From Candidatus Latescibacterota bacterium (GTDB lineage: Bacteria > Latescibacterota > UBA2968 > UBA8231), in contig OZ244561.1 of the NCBI GenBank assembly GCA_965217585.1, positions 96,001 through 160,000 on the forward strand: a DNA stretch of 64,000 bases. Direction: 5' to 3'. The notes below the pieces were generated by a model, which was not told the DNA's origin, did not search any database, and saw nothing but the letters and a program-made list of their open reading frames with translations. A program made the translations under genes and the position numbers. Positions within the stretch are counted from its first letter, which is position 1, and each line of letters opens with the position of its first letter. Shown here piece by piece: positions 54,932 through 64,000 of the stretch.

Positions 54932-57418
54932 TCACTGCATTCGCCGGAGCAGCTCGCCCCGAGCCTCGTTGAACAGGCCAATCAGCCGCTGGCGGATCGC
55001 CTCGTCGCGGAAGACGCCGATCCTTTCAGCCCAAGCGATACCACCCTCCATGTGCGTTAGCAGATAATTGCCTTCCGCTGGCGCAAACGCGCAGCGCCGA
55101 CCCACGTCGATATAGACCGGCGAGGAATGGGCCATCACCGGGCCGGCGTCCGTGTAGTGCGGACCCCAGCAGCGGGCCGCGACCCAGCAGGAACTCTTGG
55201 CCTTGAGCTTGAACTTCAGTTCGATCTGGTGAGCACCGGGCGCGGCGACCTCGCGCGCAACCGCCTCGCCATTGCAAATCAGCTCCAGCCCGGTAAGCGG
55301 CCAGACGCTTTCCGCGGTCGCCATCACCTCGACGGTACCGCCATTGCCGGGCAGGTGGATTTCCTCGCCCATCTCTCGCCCCTCGACCTTTAGATCGATC
55401 ATCGCGCCAGTGCTGGCAAACGTCTGGCCGCGCCGCACGGCCTGGCACCAATTGTCAAAGGTAAACTCCTCGCCGTCGCGCAGCTTAACATACGTGCGCG
55501 AGCCGCCCAAAATGCGGCCGTTGGACATCTTGTCGGTACCGCCGACAATCGGCAGCTTCTGACCCACGTTGAGCCAGCGGTAGTAGCCCTGCTCAGCCGA
55601 ACTGATCTGCTCGCCTTCCCAAATCCAGCACATCTCGCCGGCGTCGGCGTGGCCCAAGACGATGTTGGCCGCGTTCTCAAAGTCGGGCAGCGGCATGTGC
55701 GGCATAATGACCAACCCGCCCTGCTTTTTGCACTCCTCGGCCCAATCGGCCATCAGCGCATCCACCGAGCCGCCGACCCAATCCTCATTGGCTCCGCCGG
55801 TACACATCGGCGCGACCAGTTCCTTGAGGCCGAGCAAGCTGATGTGCCCGAGCACGTGCTGCCGGTTCTCCTGACTGACCCAAACCAAGTGCTCGTCACT
55901 GCTGGTCGGTGCCAAGCCGCCGGTAAACTCCTCCCACGAGGTAAACAGCCGACCCCACTGGCTGGCCAACAGATGCACCACATTGAGATCCTCGGCCTCG
56001 GCCTCTAGATGGGACGACTGGGAGGAGAGGAAATGCACGTGGGTATCCCCCGAATAGTACCCGCGCTGCTTCATGTCAAAGGCGCGTTTGACCTTGAGGG
56101 TCAGCGCGCGCTGACCGGGCTTGATCTCGACCCGCTGGCGCAGCGGCTGGTACTCAAAACCGCGCACTACCTCCGCGTACACCGGGCCGATGGGCAAGTC
56201 GATCTGGCAGGTACCGTCGATGTAGGCGTAGGGCACGCCCCCGGTCTTGCAGTCGCCGCCCATGTCCTCGAACCACGCCACATTGACGTCGGCTTGGTGG
56301 CCGTGCGGTGCCAGATAGGCTCCGTGCTCGGAGCGGAAGTGGACGCGGGTTCCTACGGGCTGGCCGGTATCCGCGTCCTCGACCCGCACGTGGACCCACT
56401 GCTTGCCGGCCGGTGAGACGACCTCGATTCGCACCTTGCCTTGGGCGACCTTCTTTTCTTTCAGCACTTCGCCCCAGCAAATGCGCTCTTCGTCATCTCC
56501 CGTCTTAATGGCGAGTTGACCTGCGGTTGAGCCGTGGATTTCCAGATAGCCACCAGCGACCGTCTCCTGGCCGCCCCGGCCCCAACCGGCTTCCTCAGAG
56601 GTGAGGAAATCTGCACTCGGCACAAAGAGCTGATCTCGGCGCACGATTTCGCCGCGCTCCATCGCCACTTCGGGCGCTCCTTCGGCATCGACCCGCAGCG
56701 CCACCTCCTGCCGCGCCGGCCAAGCAAAAGGATCGCGCTCCTCGTGGCAGAGCGTAATGCCAGCCAAAGCTAGCGCCGTAGGACCAGCCGCCGACACCGC
56801 GATCGCTGCAATCTCCTTGTCGGGCGCGGGATTTTCCCAGTCGTAGAGCCACCAACCCTGGAGGTCACCGCCCTCGCGCGTAAAGGTCCCGGTCTGCACC
56901 ATGCCATAGCTATGCTCGCGGCTGTCCAGCGGCACCGAGTAGAAGTGGCGGCAGTTGCGACAGAGAAAGGGATGGTGCCCCCAAGGCACCTGCACGTCGT
57001 GGATTTCAAAGCGGCGGCGCAGTGGCTGCTCGACCGAACTGCCGTCGGCATAGAGGACGCGATAGGTGCCAATCTCCTCGCCCGTGCCCTCGACCGTGGC
57101 CCATGCCCCCGGCACCGGCGCACAAGCGTGGGCGTAGAGGATGCGCCGCGCCTTGGCGTTTATCGGGATCTCCGCCGACGCACTTACTCCGCCCCCGGCC
57201 TTTTGCGCCACCAGCACCACGGCCCGGTCAGCCCCTGCGGCTGCCAAACTAAAGGGCACGTCCCAAAACTGCTGCTCGCCCCAAGGCAGATTCACGAGCG
57301 GAGTATTGTCGGGCGCGTCGTCGGGCGCCGGCCAGAGCTTGCCGCCTTCGGACTCAACATTGCCAGTGCCGGTGTTATAAGCTGCGCTCAAATCCAACGG
57401 TGCAAACTGATCGCTCAT
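54932..57418 (-). CDS. CehA/McbA-like PHP-fold metallohydrolase
   Basis: Start MSDQFAP; GDTHVH, ENRQH.LGH, PH, VGGTD and AHSSPVY. Confidence 0.75.
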   Translation of the reverse strand: MSDQFAPLDLSAAYNTGTGNVESEGGKLWPAPDDAPDNTPLVNLPWGEQQFWDVPFSLAAAGADRAVVLVAQKAGGGVSASAEIPINAKARRILYAHACAPVPGAWATVEGTGEEIGTYRVLYADGSSVEQPLRRRFEIHDVQVPWGHHPFLCRNCRHFYSVPLDSREHSYGMVQTGTFTREGGDLQGWWLYDWENPAPDKEIAAIAVSAAGPTALALAGITLCHEERDPFAWPARQEVALRVDAEGAPEVAMERGEIVRRDQLFVPSADFLTSEEAGWGRGGQETVAGGYLEIHGSTAGQLAIKTGDDEERICWGEVLKEKKVAQGKVRIEVVSPAGKQWVHVRVEDADTGQPVGTRVHFRSEHGAYLAPHGHQADVNVAWFEDMGGDCKTGGVPYAYIDGTCQIDLPIGPVYAEVVRGFEYQPLRQRVEIKPGQRALTLKVKRAFDMKQRGYYSGDTHVHFLSSQSSHLEAEAEDLNVVHLLASQWGRLFTSWEEFTGGLAPTSSDEHLVWVSQENRQHVLGHISLLGLKELVAPMCTGGANEDWVGGSVDALMADWAEECKKQGGLVIMPHMPLPDFENAANIVLGHADAGEMCWIWEGEQISSAEQGYYRWLNVGQKLPIVGGTDKMSNGRILGGSRTYVKLRDGEEFTFDNWCQAVRRGQTFASTGAMIDLKVEGREMGEEIHLPGNGGTVEVMATAESVWPLTGLELICNGEAVAREVAAPGAHQIELKFKLKAKSSCWVAARCWGPHYTDAGPVMAHSSPVYIDVGRRCAFAPAEGNYLLTHMEGGIAWAERIGVFRDEAIRQRLIGLFNEARGELLRRMQ

Positions 57419-57485
57419 TGCAGTTTCCTTTCCAAGTGAATGGCCGCTCAATATATCCCCGCCAGAATCCCTGAACAATGCGGCT

Positions 57486-59968
57486 TCAGTGCGGCACCCC
57501 CAACTGGTGCATCCGGCGGTGGATCGCCTCCCGCGCTTGCAGGAAGGGGCGCTCCAGATAGGCGAGGTGATCCGCCTCGCCGTGGTGGTGCGTAATGTCG
57601 TCGCGCAGATGCTGGCGGCTGTTGTGGCGGATATAGTGCAGTGAGCCATCCACCAAGGTCAGCATGTACTGCGCCGTCTCTTGGTTGAACATCCACCACT
57701 CGCCGCCGCAGGCCAGATACACCGGCGAGGTGTGTGCCATGATCCCCCGGCCCCATCCATCGAAGTGCTGCACACTCTGCTCGTAGCCCGGCCCGCTGCA
57801 CCGCGCCGCCAGCCACGAGTGGCCCTCCACCTTTACCGCGGCCTGCAGACGCAACTTGCGCGTCCCCTTGGCCTCTTCCACAGAAGCCACCACCCGCCCC
57901 TCCTGCACCACTTCCAGCGTGTGGATCGGCACCACCGACTCGGCCTCGGCGACCACCTCCACCGTGCCCCCATTGCCCGGCAGCCGCACCGTGTCCCCCA
58001 CCTCGTGACCATCGACGCTGAAGCGGATCAGCGGGCCGCCGCTGTGGAAGGTGCGGCCCGCGGCCATGTACTTGCACCAGTTGGCGTAGGTGAACGGCTC
58101 GTCCTTGGGGATCTGCACGTAGGTGCGATAGATCCCCACCGGCACGTCGCTGCTCATTTTATCCGTACCGCCGACCAACGGCAGCTTGTAGCCGCAATTG
58201 AGGTAGCGATAGTACTCGCCGTGCATGTACATCCCGTGCCGGAGCATCTCCACCGCGTCGGCACGACCCGTGGCAATCAGGGCGGCTGGCTCGCCGTTGG
58301 GGCTGGGCAAATGCGGGATCACCACGCTGCCGCCCTGCGCTCGGCAGCGGTCGGCCCACTCGGCCATCGGCACTTCGAGCGTCCCGCCCAACTCGGCCTC
58401 GCCCGGGCCGTCCGAGCACCACGGCATCACCGGCTCCTTCAGCCCCATGAGGATCAGATGCCCCAAAAAGTGCTGCCTGTTCTCTTGGGATACATAGACG
58501 ATATGATCGCCGTTGGCCGTGGCCATCTCGCCGCCGGTAAATTCCTCGGTATTGGTAAACAGCCCGCCCCACTGGGATTGCAGCAGGTTGACCACGTTCA
58601 AATCCTCGCCCTGCGCCTCGGTGAGGCTGCCCTGCGCCGAGAGGAAATGCACGTGCGAGTCGCCACTGTACCAGCCTTCCTCATTCATCTGCCGCCAGCG
58701 CTTCAACCGCAGCTCCAAGGTGCGCTGGCCTGGCTCGATCTCCACTTTGGTGCGCAGCGGCTCGTACTCGTAGCCACGCGCCACATCCACGATCACTTCA
58801 CCGCGTGGCAGCCAGCCTTGGCAGGTGCCGTCGATGTACGCATAGGTGATCTGTCCCAAGCGCACATCGCCGCCCACATCGAAGTGCCAAGTTCCCATGT
58901 TGGAGTTGACGTGGGCGTGGTGGCCGTGCGGGGCGTAGGGGATGCCCTCTGGCGAGCGGAAGTGGACGCGGCAGGGCACGGGTTTCCCAGTGGCGTCGTC
59001 GATGACCTTGGTATGCACCCAGTTGCGCCCGCGCTCCACCACCTCCAGCCGCACCCGTGGCGAAGCCTCCACGCGGCCCTGCTGCCGCACCTCCTCCCAG
59101 CGGGTCTCCCCCAAAACTTCTCCGTCTCGCTTGACCTGCACGGTGGCCGAAGGGTTGGCGGCAATTTCCACGTAGGAGGGGCTGCTGCTTTCGTTTTGGG
59201 CTTCGCCCCAGCCCTTGCGCCCATCGAGAAAATCCTCGGCCGTTGCTTCCGGCAGTGGGTAGGGATAAGTCGCAACGCCCCGATCAACTTCCACTTCGAG
59301 GGCGGCGGATTCGCGCGCGTCCTCTCTTGCGGCAGGGTGACGATGACCTCGCGCATGCCCTCGCGGCAGATCGGCTCTTCGTCCAAGTCGCTCAGGGTGA
59401 TCCCGCCGATGACAAAGGCCGGCCCTGCGGCCTCGATGGCGATTTTTTCCAAGCTCTTGTCCGGGTGTGGATTCGGCCACGCCCAGAGCACGAAGTCCTG
59501 CGCGCGCCCGGCATCGGCCTCGGTCTGGCGACGCCCGGCCATGTCCCACGGGCCTTCGGTGCGCGGCAAGACCTGATCGTTCGTATCGGGTACCGCCACA
59601 AACGGCGCACCGCCATACGACGACGGCACAGTCGAGATTTCAAAGCGATCGCGCACCGGCACCTTGAGCACCTCCCCGTCCTCGTAGTGCAGCGCGTATT
59701 CAGCCACCGCTGTCGCCAGCGGCCCATTGTCGGCGATCCGCGACTCCAACAGGCGATGCGCCACAATCATCCAAGTCGCCCGCCGACCGACCGGGATTTC
59801 CACGCCCGACCGCTCCCCACCACAGGCGATCAGACAGCGCCCAGCATCGCTGCCAAGCGCAAAGGGCAAGCCGCGAAAGCTTTGTGCGCCGAGCGGCCCT
59901 TGGCCCCCCAAGACATCCAGCCCGACGTTGTACAGCGCGTTCAAATCCAGCGGTGTGTAGGCACCCAT
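57486..59968 (-). pseudogene. CehA/McbA-like metallohydrolase paralog with frameshift near 59325
   Basis: ORFs 58793..59968 and 57486..59549 join at LPQE/DARESAALEV (CAAGAGAGGAC) to give a protein colinear with 54932..57418. Confidence 0.8.
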
Positions 59969-60180
59969 GATCTCCTCCTTTGAAGTTGACTTGCGATTGG
60001 GATAATAAAATGGTTTGGAGGACCGAGTTGTGCAAAAAAAACTGTCAGACGGATGGACGAATCGACCAGCGCAGATGCTGGCTGTTTGCCCACGTTGGAT
60101 AGCGAATATAGATTTTTTCTTAAGAAGGGTTGCGACCCTTCACAGATTCGTCTTTAACCGCCGACTCGGAAAGATGGTAT

Positions 60181-60396
60181 ATGCCTAGAAAGTTGCGCGA
60201 GGTGCGGCGGGATTACATGCAAGCCGGGTTCATCGAACATAGGGGCAAGGGTAAGGGGAGCCACAGAAAGTATATCCATCCACTTGGCGTCGTGGCCACG
60301 GTGTCTGGCAAGGACAGTGCAGATGCCCATGCGTACCAAGAAAATCAGCTCAAGAAGAAGTTAGCTGAAGTCCAAAACAGGAAGAAACGCCAATGA
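60181..60396 (+). CDS. hicA: HicA family toxin
   Basis: MPRKLRE...AGF...GKGSHRK..HP and AHAYQE. Confidence 0.85.
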   Translation: MPRKLREVRRDYMQAGFIEHRGKGKGSHRKYIHPLGVVATVSGKDSADAHAYQENQLKKKLAEVQNRKKRQ

Positions 60397-61787
60397 CTGC
60401 TCCGATAGATTATAAGAAAATCGCCAATGAGTTTCCGCAGGTGCCTGAGTGGACTAAGGTCGTGAAGTGGTCGCCCGAAGATGGCTGCTACGTGGGCTAC
60501 CTTGAAGGCCCCCTAGGGCCGTGCTGTCATGGCGACGACCCGGTGGCCGTACGCGCGGAGCTCGCCGAAATCGAGCACGAATGGCGGGCCTTACTTGGCA
60601 TGCCCGAGGTGCCTCGTGCGAGTACTGCTCTCAGCACTTCTCTGGATTCAAGCGGAAGTGCAACTAAAGAAATGGATCCCATATTTGGATTTCCGCCCAT
60701 CCACAAGGCCCATCTTACACCTCCAGATGGGATCGCTTCGCGTTTGCAAAGCCTAATTGGTACGCCATTTAAATTGACGGGAAAGACTAGGACAGATGGC
60801 TCGAATGTGAGAAAGCTTGTTGCACAGACTTTCGCAGAATTCTCATTACCTAAACCATGCCCCCGGTCATCTTATTCTATTATCCCGCCCAAAGCAAAAG
60901 GATTGCCAGGGATACTTTTAGAATATGTGGACACCTATATCGTAACTAAAGGTAATACGTACAATCTCCAGGTTTGGAATCGAAATCCGGCATCTGACTC
61001 TATCCAGGTTGAATACAATTCCGGTGAAATTTTATCATCAAGGGATGTCCGATTCGTTTTCCTGCGTGTTGACCCACAGACTCAGACAATAAGCTCAATC
61101 CTAGTCCTGACCCCAGATTATATCGAGAGTGAATTCGGACGCTTTGGCAAGCCGACGATTAAACACCAAATCATAATTCCGCCAAAAATTAGAGATAAAG
61201 CGCTATCTCAAAATCCGCCGGGCATTTTCTGTTCAGATACATCTGCCCTTTCTCAACATGTAACGGGAAAGTATGCTATCCCGACCTCTTCAATAAGTGA
61301 TAAACCTATTTTGGGTCAACTATTTTCTTTGAAATTGCTGCGAGAAATGCTAGTAGAAGGGCTAATTGGTGAGCCATTGGATCAAATGGCTACCAAAAAT
61401 AGAGGGCAAGCGTTGGAGCGCTTGGTTGCTTGTCTCTTAGGATACAAAATTAGTGATGCTGAGCTTTTAGAGGGGAATTTTCCCGATATTCCCAACCAAG
61501 CCTTGGAAGTCAAGGTGCAGGATTCGCCGACCGTAGATTTAGGAAAATTCAGTCCTCAGTTCAAAGAGTGCGTACCGTCCTGTCCTAGCTTAACGACGTT
61601 AGATGTCCGCTACTTGATAGCCTTGACCGATGCAGAGACGAGCATTGTTCAGGGGATCATTTTATGTCCTGGTGAGAAGTTAGGTGAGCATTTTTCATAC
61701 GTAAGCGACACTAGTTTTAAGTGCCAAAGATCAATCCCTATGTCCTTTTTTGATATGTACCAAGGCAAAGCACTTTACAATCCCTGA
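60393..61787 (+). CDS. HicB-like N-terminal domain fused in frame to a type II restriction endonuclease (possible internal start 60672)
   Basis: WSPEDGCYVG...CCHGDD..V..EL.EI..EW (HicB-like); C-terminal NRGQALE...FPDI..QALEVK (PD-ExK); adjacent to a methyltransferase. Confidence 0.7.
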   Translation: MTAPIDYKKIANEFPQVPEWTKVVKWSPEDGCYVGYLEGPLGPCCHGDDPVAVRAELAEIEHEWRALLGMPEVPRASTALSTSLDSSGSATKEMDPIFGFPPIHKAHLTPPDGIASRLQSLIGTPFKLTGKTRTDGSNVRKLVAQTFAEFSLPKPCPRSSYSIIPPKAKGLPGILLEYVDTYIVTKGNTYNLQVWNRNPASDSIQVEYNSGEILSSRDVRFVFLRVDPQTQTISSILVLTPDYIESEFGRFGKPTIKHQIIIPPKIRDKALSQNPPGIFCSDTSALSQHVTGKYAIPTSSISDKPILGQLFSLKLLREMLVEGLIGEPLDQMATKNRGQALERLVACLLGYKISDAELLEGNFPDIPNQALEVKVQDSPTVDLGKFSPQFKECVPSCPSLTTLDVRYLIALTDAETSIVQGIILCPGEKLGEHFSYVSDTSFKCQRSIPMSFFDMYQGKALYNP

Positions 61788-63538
61788 AACGAAAGTAGTG
61801 GCTCGACGCCAAAGGCTTCCGCTACAGCAACCTCTAAATCAGTCTCATATTTTTCCGTCATATTGTCGCCTACGTCAGCCGACACCAACTTTTTCACCAA
61901 ATCTACTATCCTCCTAGAATACTCAGAATGCCTATCTGGCATTGGGTATTTTTCTACGTATTGAGTTAAATAGCGCCGCCGGCCAGCGTACAGTTTGTTA
62001 TTAAATACCAGCTCGTGATAACGAGTCATCAGATTTGAATTCGCTATCCCTTGGATTAGAAAGAGCATATCCGTGTTTTCTTTTTCTGAGACTATCCAGT
62101 AACAGTTGCCATCAACCATCAATCCTTCATTGTCATAAAAGAACATCGGGCTAGGGCTAATGTCGGGAAAGATGAGCTTGGGACGCCCCAAAGCTAAAGG
62201 ATCCTGAGGAACCCAAATCTCGTACCATTTTCTATTGGCCTCAATTACGTATTTCCGTCTTTCTAATCTCTCACGGTGTTGCCTAAGGTATGCCGCCGCG
62301 CATGGGTAACGTTCTATGTCAACCGCTACTCGTTTCGCGTCCCTGACTTCATGAGTATATAATATTTTTTTAAGCGATTCATTCCCTGTGCCAGATCGCC
62401 AGCGGCCAGCGTCGTCGTGTGATAATATGGGATGTAGTAAACAGTCTTCCGGTCGCCTATCTTCAGGCATATCGTCCCAGTCCGAGCGAATAAAAACTTG
62501 ATCGGCTGTTGTCTTAATGCCAACCCGCACCTTCACAACGTCGCCAATTCGGCACTTTGCCGCCGATTCTACTTTACCAATCCACTCTTTCTCAGGTGCA
62601 GTTACCATCTGCCAAGGTTCGGAGGACAAATTAGAAATGGAAAGAGTCCCCGTCGAAAGTTTGAACCGGGTTTTAGACACTAAGTATTCACCATCAGAAC
62701 TTTGCTTGATAATGTCGTACACTGAATCAACCTGGACTGGCTTTTCTCGATCATCGCGGTTACTTGTCCTATTCTCGTAAATTCTGACGAATCTATTCGG
62801 CAGCCTCGGATTCGTAGGGGAACGCGATGTAGAAGGTAATTTTCTAGCTATCAAGATAGCTGGCAGAACGGCAGCCTCGAAAAGTTTGGTGTCGCCGAGG
62901 TCAATCAATTCGAGGATCTCGTAATTTTCGGCGATGAACTCTCTGATGGAGGCTCCACCCTTTGTTGAAATAAACCGATTGGACGTGATGACGCCTATAA
63001 TGCCACTGTCTTTTAAGCATTGGGTCATCGCCACCAGAAAAGCCTGGTATAAATCGATTCTGCCTTTCAGGCGAAAGGCTTTTGCTAACTCCTGTGATTT
63101 CCGGGCACCGAGGACCTGCGTTCGGACGTAAGGAGGGTTGGCGATTATAATATCTACAGGAGGAATAGTCTTATTCGTTGGAGGTCCGTTGTTAAATAAC
63201 CCTATCTGAGCTTCTGAACCGATGTAAAGTTCAAGGAAATCCATCCTCTTGAAAAAATTCGATTTTGAGCCAAACGCTTCTAACCGCTCTTGGGCGTTTC
63301 CGAGGGATAAATCGTCGAGCTCTATTCCCGTAATGACGGTATTTCTTAGTGTATTATCCGATAGTGAGTTAGCTAAGGCGACTAGTAGTTCTCCATCGCC
63401 ACAGGCTGGATCCAAAACCCTTAGTTCAGGGAGTTGACACAAGTCCACTTCGGCAACCAGTCTCTCCGCGAGAAAACGAGCAAGTTCAGGAGGCGTGTAA
63501 TGCGAACCAGTGGCTTTTTGTTTAGTAACAAGCGGCAT
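61775..63538 (-). CDS. Gamma-class N6-adenine DNA methyltransferase, M.BseCI/M.BanIII-like (ATCGAT predicted)
   Basis: QKATG.H.TP, VLDPACGDGELL, IIIANPPYVRTQ and DLYQAFLVAMTQ closely recall M.BseCI; TaqI-like target recognition domain. Confidence 0.85.
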   Translation of the reverse strand: MPLVTKQKATGSHYTPPELARFLAERLVAEVDLCQLPELRVLDPACGDGELLVALANSLSDNTLRNTVITGIELDDLSLGNAQERLEAFGSKSNFFKRMDFLELYIGSEAQIGLFNNGPPTNKTIPPVDIIIANPPYVRTQVLGARKSQELAKAFRLKGRIDLYQAFLVAMTQCLKDSGIIGVITSNRFISTKGGASIREFIAENYEILELIDLGDTKLFEAAVLPAILIARKLPSTSRSPTNPRLPNRFVRIYENRTSNRDDREKPVQVDSVYDIIKQSSDGEYLVSKTRFKLSTGTLSISNLSSEPWQMVTAPEKEWIGKVESAAKCRIGDVVKVRVGIKTTADQVFIRSDWDDMPEDRRPEDCLLHPILSHDDAGRWRSGTGNESLKKILYTHEVRDAKRVAVDIERYPCAAAYLRQHRERLERRKYVIEANRKWYEIWVPQDPLALGRPKLIFPDISPSPMFFYDNEGLMVDGNCYWIVSEKENTDMLFLIQGIANSNLMTRYHELVFNNKLYAGRRRYLTQYVEKYPMPDRHSEYSRRIVDLVKKLVSADVGDNMTEKYETDLEVAVAEAFGVEPLLSFQGL

Positions 63539-63830
63539 CTGGGTATAGCCCTTTGTCTTCAATAGTAAGGCTGTAAGAATCAAACTAAGAATCGAATATC
63601 AATGGACCCATGTCAACCTGAAAACCTGTGAATGGTTACATTTTTAAACTAAACTTACTACCCACACGCAGATACTTGGGTGCTCTTGCCCCCAATAAGT
63701 CTGCTCGCTAGCTTGCTGGCCAATGAGGCCGAAGTCCCCGCTACGCTTCCCGCCATTAGCTTGCGCCTCCTTGACCACACCCTTACCTTGGCCGCCCATA
63801 GCCTTCCCCGCCCTCAAGGAGCCTCCCAAG

Positions 63831-64000
63831 ATGAAAATCACCAACATCGAAGTCATCCCCATCTTTCCCAAGCTGGCCAGCCGCTACGCCGAGCGCCGCG
63901 TCGATCTCTACGGCATCGACTGCCGAGTCGTGTACAAAGTCCACACCGACGCCGGCATCACCGGCTACGGCGACATGCGAGTGCGGCCCTACGCCCAACC
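63831..64000 (+). CDS. Mandelate racemase/enolase-superfamily protein, 5' part (runs off window)
   Basis: RBS AAGGAG; MKITNIEV...KVHTDAGITGYG. Confidence 0.7.
   Translation, partial: MKITNIEVIPIFPKLASRYAERRVDLYGIDCRVVYKVHTDAGITGYGDMRVRPYAQ

Noticed and set aside
57681-59576. 631-aa plus-strand ORF (also 20485..21720, 24945..25937, 47013..48053 and similar)
   Set aside because: Antisense shadows of well-supported genes in GC-rich DNA; no recognisable motifs
49528-60141. GAAGGG..CCCTTC hairpins at both defence-island edges (49528-49549 and 60124-60141)
   Set aside because: Only 7-bp stems with different loops, and one arm is phyH coding sequence; chance cannot be excluded
1-64000. tRNA, rRNA, riboswitch or other ncRNA
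   Set aside because: No recognisable signature in the short intergenic regions; an Rfam/tRNAscan search would be needed to exclude them

Overview
GC-rich bacterial window. The gene families suggest a Latescibacterota/Gemmatimonadota-like FCB-group candidate lineage, but this is inference only. (1) 1-6.1 kb is a scarred accessory region: a PhyH dioxygenase truncated by an IS91/ISCR remnant, an enolase-superfamily gene, a GNAT gene, and toxin-antitoxin modules (orphan dinJ with a yafQ stub, vapBC, hicAB). (2) A sugar ABC transporter follows. (3) A ~26 kb cell-envelope locus (9.7-35.9 kb) encodes five secreted discoidin-like proteins sharing an FxPNGDG/FlgD-Ig (T9SS type-B-like) C-terminal domain, two paralogous ~950-aa putative beta-barrel proteins, two CBM9/DOMON-like proteins, a His-motif membrane-TPR protein, a SurA-like PPIase and two ASPIC/UnbV proteins. 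(4) BlaI-TlpA-M56 genes and a sulfatase. (5) A ~2,100-aa fusion of a degenerate M28 domain, an FtsX-like permease and a DUF6785-like module, followed by creD. (6) A Hachiman-like hamAB island whose helicase carries a HIRAN domain, bracketed by a 219-bp direct repeat. (7) PhyH and two CehA/McbA-like hydrolases. (8) hicA and a HicB domain fused in frame to a ClaI/BseCI-like restriction endonuclease, with a convergent m6A methyltransferase. I recognised no rRNA, tRNA, CRISPR array, integrase or reverse transcriptase. All family calls come from motif recognition by eye, not database searches.
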